Shown one piece after another: positions 56,714-64,000 of a stretch of 64,000 nucleotides of DNA. This DNA comes from a cyanobacterium endosymbiont of Rhopalodia gibba (GTDB taxonomy: Bacteria > Cyanobacteriota > Cyanobacteriia > Cyanobacteriales > Microcystaceae), in the NCBI GenBank assembly GCA_045159875.1, contig CP067995.1, forward strand, positions 2,624,001 to 2,688,000, given 5' to 3'. The translations under genes were made by a program, and so were the position numbers. The notes beneath the pieces were generated by a model that saw only the letters and a list, made by a program, of their open reading frames with translations, did no database searches and had not been told where the DNA came from. Position 1 is the stretch's first letter; each line of letters begins with the position of its first letter.

Positions 56714-57937
56714 TTATGACTTTCTAGGATCAACTATACTTTTGGACCTTTGCGCCCAAACTCTGGTAGGAAGTCCCCAAATGTAGATAAACCCCTCAGC
56801 AGCTTTATGATCAAAATCATCATCTGTCCCATAGGTAGATAAATTCGGACTGTAAATAGAATTGTCAGAATAACGACCTACAATGACGGCGTTTCCCTTA
56901 AATAATTTAATCCGAACTGTTCCCGTAACACGGTCTTGAGTTTGGTCAATTAAAGCATCGAGGGCTTCTTTTAAAGGACTAAACCACAACCCTTGATAAA
57001 TCAGTTTACTGTAGGTATCACCTACTCCCTGTTTATACTGAGTCACATCAGCAGTGAGGGTCAAACTTTCTAAGTCGCGGTGAGCATCAATTAACACCAA
57101 TAATGCAGGAGCTTCATAGATTTCCCGCGATTTAATGCCTACAACACGGTTTTCAACCATATCCAGACGACCAATACCATGATTACCTACTATTCCATTT
57201 AACTGACTAATCAGAGTCACAGAATCGAGGATTTGACAATTGAGACTGACAGGAATTCCTTTTTCAAACCCAATTTCTATGTATTCAGGCTCATCAGGAG
57301 TATCGACAATTGCTTTAGTCATTAAATATATTTCTTCAGGAGGTTCGGTCATTGGATCTTCTAATGTACCGGCTTCAATACTACGTCCGAAGAGATTACG
57401 ATCAATACTGAAAGGAGAAGATTTTTTAACGGGGAATTCAATGCCGAATTTCTCCCCATAGGCAATAGTTTCCTCCCGACTCATGTTCCATTCCCTTGCT
57501 GGAGCGAGAACTTTTAGTCCAGGATTGAGGGCGAGAATACCTAAGTCAAAGCGTACCTGATCATTTCCTTTAGCAGTACAACCGTGGGCGACTGCATCTG
57601 CCCCATACTTTTCCGCCGCTTCTACTAAAAGCTTAGCAATTAAAGGACGAGCTAATGCGGTGAATAGAGGATAGCGATTTTCATAAAGGGCATTCGCTTT
57701 AATTGCTCGAAATCCGTAGTCTGTGACGAATGTTTCTTGAGCGTTAGACACCAAAGATTCTAAAGCCCCACATTCGAGAGCTTTAGCTTGAATAGGACCT
57801 AATTCGTCCCCTTGTCCCAAGTCAGCAGATAAGGTGATTATATTTTTTACCCCCCATTCTTGTTTGAGATAGGGAATACAAACAGAGGTATCAACTCCTC
57901 CAGAATAGGCAAGAATAACTTTGTCAGCACGACCCAT
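56714..57937 (-). CDS. argG: Argininosuccinate synthase
   Basis: [46 protein letters not shown]. Confidence 0.98.
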   Translation of the reverse strand: MGRADKVILAYSGGVDTSVCIPYLKQEWGVKNIITLSADLGQGDELGPIQAKALECGALESLVSNAQETFVTDYGFRAIKANALYENRYPLFTALARPLIAKLLVEAAEKYGADAVAHGCTAKGNDQVRFDLGILALNPGLKVLAPAREWNMSREETIAYGEKFGIEFPVKKSSPFSIDRNLFGRSIEAGTLEDPMTEPPEEIYLMTKAIVDTPDEPEYIEIGFEKGIPVSLNCQILDSVTLISQLNGIVGNHGIGRLDMVENRVVGIKSREIYEAPALLVLIDAHRDLESLTLTADVTQYKQGVGDTYSKLIYQGLWFSPLKEALDALIDQTQDRVTGTVRIKLFKGNAVIVGRYSDNSIYSPNLSTYGTDDDFDHKAAEGFIYIWGLPTRVWAQRSKSIVDPRKS

Positions 57938-58740
57938 AAAAATTTATCTCTAACAAATAACTATTGAGGTCATTTTACTGGAGTTGAGAGTTTTTAGTTA
58001 TAAGTCCTTATCAAGAATACAGAACAATTAAAAAATTTAGGAGTTATGTATTGACAGATAACCTTAGATATAGTGCTAATGAAAATACAAAGTGATCGCT
58101 AACAATAAATGGCAAAAAGAGTTAAATAAATTGCAGATTTAGTGATACTTTCAGAAAATTCAATTTGGAAAAGAGTTTTCAGATAGATTGTTCAAGAAAT
58201 AGAAAGATTGCGGCAAAAATATAAAAATTTTTGACAAGCGATTAAAAGAATAAAGAGCTTATTAATAGCCAACAATTAAATAATTTTTTAAAAATAAAAA
58301 AATACTAGAAATTTGCAAAAGAAACCGAGTATAAAAAACTAATAAAAATCCAAATATAGTTAATAAAATATTGCAAATATCAAGAGATAATTCCGGCAGT
58401 TATTTTTGATAATTACTTAATAAACATAAGGAATCTAATTAAAGTAAACTCTGAATAATTGCAAGAGAAAGAGTGATATTTATGTTTTTTGCTAGACTAG
58501 AGTCTAGAACTAAAAATCATAGAAAAAAAATAATATTGAATAAAGGCTTATAAAATTATCGTAGGTATATTGAAAGACAAATTTAATTAAGTTGAAGCCT
58601 TTAAATAAAGCTTATTTAAAGAAGTTGATATAAAAAAAACTAGAGTTATTTAACTAAAGCAATATAAAAAGATTTGCTATATTAACTTTTATTTAGATAT
58701 ATTTATAACCGATTTTTGGGTTATTTAGTAGTTTATTACT

Positions 58741-58781
58741 GTTAAGCGCATTACACGACTCAAGCGTTTAATGCGCTTAAC
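58741..58781. repeat. Isolated hairpin in AT-rich desert
   Basis: gttaagcgcatta / taatgcgcttaac, 13-bp stem. Confidence 0.75.
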
Positions 58782-60731
58782 CATAGTTATTTTAGTAGAA
58801 AGAATAAATTTATGAATAGAAAAAAAGCTAATATCGGAAGTCAACGTCTTTTGAGTCTTCTCTTTAAAAATTGGGTTAAGTTGGTAACTTAGTTAATAAA
58901 CAATCGGGTTCGATCAACAATAAAATAAAAGCTAAACTCCTACAGAGGATAACACAACAACTCAAAAAATTAGCAGAAGTTTTATTAGGTTTTACCAACT
59001 TATAAAAATTATAAGTTTGGCTATTTAACTTAAAGTATAAATTTCATGAAAGACTGATTAAGATAGGTTAGAAAGTTGAATAAACTTAGGAGAAATAAAG
59101 TATCGGGATTTATCCTAGTTTTTCGATGTTTATGCCAATGACCCTTGAACCTTTAGCCACTAGTCAATCACAATCAAATCAGTTCAATGATGCGGTGTAG
59201 ACTAATATAATTGAGAACATAGCGTTTATACTAATTAGTAATTATAAGGTGTAAGCCTTCTAATTCAGAGTTATAACCTCTGTCCTCTATTAATTTGAAG
59301 ACTTCTATGTATATGAAGTTACTCACTCTAGAGTAGAGTAAAGATAGAATCCAGTAAAAATTATATTTATAATCTCTTAAATACATGGAAGATTATCTAT
59401 AAACCTTGCAATTTTATTGCAAAAAAATATGAAAATTAATTAGATAAAATTATTCTATTGAGTTCTTAAAGAAGAAAAGATTTTATCTTTAATTAGAAAA
59501 TGAATTTCCATTAATAATCTACCATAAAACCATAGTTAAATTTAAAAGAGTGATGATAGCTCTATCCATTTAAAACTTAAAAATACTTTGTTTTATTCTT
59601 TTTTAGCTCAAGCAACGACGTAAACTAGTGAAAGAAGTTAGAATTGTTAGAAAATGAACAAAGATGCAAAGTAGAAAGTTATTCACTTCACTTATTGATT
59701 TATCTCTTACTATATCAATACGGCTTAACTAAACTTGTTTCTATTTAAGGAGTTAAAATTACCTTAAATGGGAACATTTTTTGTTGTTTACTTAGTTCAT
59801 TCTTTTGACTGCATTCTTACATTTAAGGTATTTAATTTAACGATAACTGATCTGATAATAGATATTTTTTTTTACTCAAGATAAATATATTATTTATGCC
59901 ATAAGATAAACTCACTTTTAATATTTTACTCTTCTGAATATTTTTGTATTTTCTGAACTTAGAAAATGATAAAAAAGGATAGATTATACTTTACTAAAAC
60001 AGTAAACGATACCTCCATCTCAATAAACTTCAATATTTTTTGCTCTTAGCTAATTAACTCGTTTTGACTTCTCTCTGGCTTTTACATAGCTTTTAAATTA
60101 TTTTAACTTTAGTTAAAACTTTTTTATTCAATTTTTCAAGAAAATAGACAAGACTCCTTTTATTTTGCTAAGAGATTCATTCTTTTCAAATAAAAGTTTT
60201 TAAACAATTCTCCATGAGCTGTGATAACTGTCTTAAATTCTCTTAAAACTATTTAATCTATTTTTTTATAAATTATCTATGATTATTAGAGTTTACTATA
60301 GAAAACAATACATCAGAAAAATAGAAAAAATTACTAATAGTGAGTAATAGTGACAACTAATCTGTATAACAAAAAAAGTGTATTTTCTAGACTGATGTCT
60401 AATTAATTAGTAGTTAATAACTCCTAAGACTTTTGTACTAAATGTATTTTTTAACTTGAGTGACTTTTATATAAATAAAGTTTCTGTGAGCTCTAACAAA
60501 TTGTTTTACAAGGTTCTTAGTTTTTGTCTACTACAATTTTATCACAGCCAGCCTTTATTAACTAATAAAGGCTACCTTTAGACATTGAATTATGTCAATA
60601 AGCTAACTCCTTACGATAAAAAAGGATAAAAACTTCAATGAGAAACCCGAGGTAGGTTCAAAATTGATTGCTATTTAAATGTGGAATTAAAAGTACTACA
60701 CAAACACACTGACAATTTTTTTTATTAACAC

Positions 60732-61199
60732 CTAATATTGTTTCATTGCCCGTGATATTTCTCTTTCATCCTGACGGCGTTTGATAGTTTCCCGTTTGTC
60801 ATGAAGTTTTTTTCCTCGTCCTAAACCTAAACTAACCTTAACTAAACTCCCTTTAAGGTATATTTTCAGAGGAACTAAAGTCAAGCCTTTTTGTTCAATT
60901 TTTCCAATCAACTGATTAATTTGTTGACGGTGTAACAACAATTTCCGACTCCGGCAAGGCTCATGATTAAAATATTGACTACTAGCCTGATAAGGCGAAA
61001 TATTAACATTGAGCAACCACGCCTCCCCTTTTTGAATTAACGCATAGCCATCACCCAGGTTAACTTTACCTGCTCGAATGGACTTAACTTCTGTTCCTGC
61101 CAATGCAATACCCGCCTCATAGGTTTCTGAAATTTCATAAAGAAAACGAGCTTTGCGATTGTTGCTAATGATTTTGATTGGTTGTTTTTGATTACTCAT
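60732..61199 (-). CDS. smpB: SsrA-binding protein
   Basis: NRKARF.Y, EAGIAL.GTEVKSIR, RKLLLH, GKKLHDKR. Confidence 0.98.
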   Translation of the reverse strand: MSNQKQPIKIISNNRKARFLYEISETYEAGIALAGTEVKSIRAGKVNLGDGYALIQKGEAWLLNVNISPYQASSQYFNHEPCRSRKLLLHRQQINQLIGKIEQKGLTLVPLKIYLKGSLVKVSLGLGRGKKLHDKRETIKRRQDEREISRAMKQY

Positions 61200-62484
61200 A
61201 GGAGTTTAAGTATAACATAATTTTTCTTCAAGGTTACAGTTATGACTATTCCAGATTAAGTAAATTCAATTAGTAGTTAATAGTCTTGATAAGACTAATT
61301 TTAAATACATTAGACAATTTTAAAAAAAAATAAAATTTTTATATTTTTGATTTTATAAATTTTGTAAAACAAGCGTATAAGAGTCACAATTATTTTGTTA
61401 ACTGGGGTATAATAAGTCCAGAAGTAGAGAATTATTGTTCCTTGTAAAGATTATGAGTTGTTAACCTTTCTATAATCTATCTAACAAAGTTTAAATAACT
61501 AATAATTATTTCCCTGGAGTAGGATTTAACAACTCTTCTTTAATTGGTTATTGAAGTTAAAATAAATTTTTAAAAATACCTATAAAAGTAGGTTTTATAT
61601 ACTCATTTTACTCGTTAATTATCGCTTTAGAATACTTCATGGAATTGATTTAAATATCAAAAAATAAAGACTTAATAATTTTATGAGTAAATTTTGATAT
61701 AGATCTTTATTTAAAAGTATATTAGTTCATTGATTGATGTTAATATTTAGAGTCAAGCATATTCCCTTTTAAGGAGGAAAATTAAATTGATTAAACTATT
61801 GATGATAACCATCTTTAATCCGAGTAATAGCGTAATTATTTGTTAGATAGAATTGAACAATAGCTAAACTAATATAGTTTTTCTGGTTAAAATACATGAT
61901 TCATTGTATATATATTTTTAACTCGGTAACTTATCCTTATCACTTTTATGGTAAGTCAAATATTGAACTACCCTAGAAACTATTAACTCAAGAGATTTTT
62001 TAGTAGTTAGTTTGTTATTCAAAATATTTAAAAAATAATTTTTATATTATTCGAATTAAATACTTTTATCATCAGAATTAAAATTTTAATATATAAACAT
62101 TATAGAAAACACATTATTTGTCTTAAATACGTTATCTTTTGAACATGTAATTTATTAAAGCTTACATAATTTAACTGAAATTATTTGTTTATTATAGTAA
62201 ACTATTTCAATAGTAATATTACTGATATAGATCAAAAACATGGTTTCTTGACTTGAATAAATGAGTAGAAAAATAAAAAAATTTATATATGCTTTAACTT
62301 ATGCTAAGAAACTATTTTATTACAACTAATTTAACAGAATTTATTTACTTTTACTTTCGCACTTATGGAACACTAATCTAAAATAGATAACTAAAACTGA
62401 ATGTAGGTGAAACTATAATTTTTAAAACTGTTTCAAAAAAGATATTGATCAGTTTATTCAATAAAATTTATTAGAACTATTGAG

Positions 62485-63682
62485 ATGCTTGATATTACCA
62501 AACTCGCTAAAAAAATACCTGAAATTAATCAACATTTTCAAAAAGAAGTAAATGCTAGTTATAGACGGTTGGAAAAAGCACAAAAAATTTTACAGAAAAT
62601 ATACGATAAAGAATCTGAATTAATTAAAAAACATGAGAAGTGGCGAGATCGCCTACTTTTTTCGGCAGCTATTCCTATCGAACCTCTAAATACCCGAATT
62701 AACCTAATCTCACCTCCCTATAGTCATAGTGTTTTTGCCACTGATGGCTCTCAAATTTCTCCTTCTCACCATGAGATCGCCTATTGTTATTTAATAAATG
62801 TGGGACGTGTGATGCTTCATTATGGACAAAATTTACATCCTTTACTTGACAGTTTACCTGAAGTTTATTATCGTCCAGAAGATATTTATATCTCCAAACA
62901 ATGGGGAATTTGAACAGAAGAATGGATAGGATATTGCCGTAGCGTTTTAGAAGCAGAAATTCTTGCCGACATGGCTTGTCGTTGGGTGAAACCCCCAGGG
63001 TCGCATCAAGAACCTAATTTAGCAATGGTGGACGGTTCGTTGATTTACTGGTTTTTAGACGGATTACCCAAAGGAGCACGAGAGAACATTCTCCCCCCCA
63101 ATCCTAACAGCTTGGGAACAGTTACAGAAATCACGAATTCCTATAGTAGGTTATTTAAGCGCATCTCATAGTCTGGAAAGTATAAACTTTTTACGGTTAC
63201 ACACTTGTCCTTTTAATACCCAAAATTGTTTTACCAATTGTGGAGACTCAGAAGAAAAGAATTTACCTTGTCAAATAATAGACCCTTTGCGGGATATAAA
63301 TCTTTGGGGACAATTTTTAAACCCTGGACAACGAGGTCCTTTATGGCGTAGTTCTCAAGAAATTCTAGAATTATATGAGGAAGCGCAACAGATTTATTTT
63401 TGTTACGTTAATCTTGGCTCAGAAATTGCCAGAGTGGAAATTCCCGCTTGGGTTGTCGAAGATAAACCTTTATTAGAACAGGCTTTAGGTATTCTGTTAG
63501 GCCAAGTCAGTAAAGGGTATGGTTATCCTATCGCTTTATCTGAGTCCCATAACCAAGCTGTTATTAGAGGAAGTGATCGCGTCAGATTCTTTGCTCTACT
63601 CGAACAACAAATGATCCGTGCTGGGTTACAGAACGTTGGAACATCTTATAAAGAAGTTAGAAAACGAGGAAGTATTGCTTAA
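62485..63682 (+). pseudogene. nurA: NurA family nuclease, recently disrupted
   Basis: ATDGSQ, MVDGSL, GYGYPIALSESHNQAVI; TGA at 62911-62913 and +1 frameshift in C7 at 63093-63099. Confidence 0.88.
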
Positions 63683-64000
63683 TTGATACTTTCTGAAAGT
63701 CTTAGTTCTTACCCTTATGGAAAACCCAAAAAATAATTTTCTCATCTTTCCATTTTCTTCTTTATAGAGAAGAGGTGATTATAACTTTTCTAGACTGAGC
63801 ATGATCTATCAGTCAACAAGAACTTTCAACACTCTTGTTTGTAAAAGAATTCTATAACCATAAAAACTAAGTCTTTAAAGTGACAAGAACCTTATCAAAC
63901 AAGACTTATAGTCTTTTTCCTATATTTTTTTATAGCTAGACTAAAACAGATAGATTAGAAAAGTCATAATTACGCATCTTTAAATAAAAATTGTCTGACT

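Noticed and set aside
293..57461. Short ORFs overlapping or antisense to real genes (e.g. 293-493, 1229-1450, 9759-9956, 18352-18958, 28019-28390, 29400-29744, 57240-57461)
   Set aside because: Shadow frames of well-supported genes with no recognisable motifs.
1..64000. CRISPR array, rRNA, tmRNA near smpB
   Set aside because: No regularly spaced direct repeats and no rRNA or tmRNA signature sequences seen.

Overview
AT-rich, gene-poor cyanobacterial chromosome segment undergoing active genome erosion. About 30 intact housekeeping and envelope genes (ppc, dnaX, prfB, rpmB, manC, cobalamin genes, HU, a group 2 sigma factor, gltX, a gmhA/gmhB/glycosyltransferase cluster, aguA/aguB, argG, smpB) are separated by 1-3 kb AT-rich deserts. 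Many pseudogenes are recognisable: terD, sigF, cyanoexosortase A and its partner, a PSI accumulation factor, DUF3143, nurA and IS remnants. Photosynthesis-accessory genes are decaying. This pattern suggests (inference only) a non-photosynthetic Cyanothece/Rippkaea-like endosymbiont such as a rhopalodiacean diatom spheroid body (diazoplast). The most notable items are a tRNA-Arg(CCU) interrupted by an Azoarcus-like group I intron with an extra hairpin, a dnaX whose conserved tail lies in the -1 frame behind an A9 run, a fossil HIP1 methylation signature, a synonymous-only duplicated manC 5' end, and a retained agmatine deiminase pathway. I found no CRISPR array and no clearly new multi-gene system. 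All family calls are from recognition of the sequence, not from database searches.
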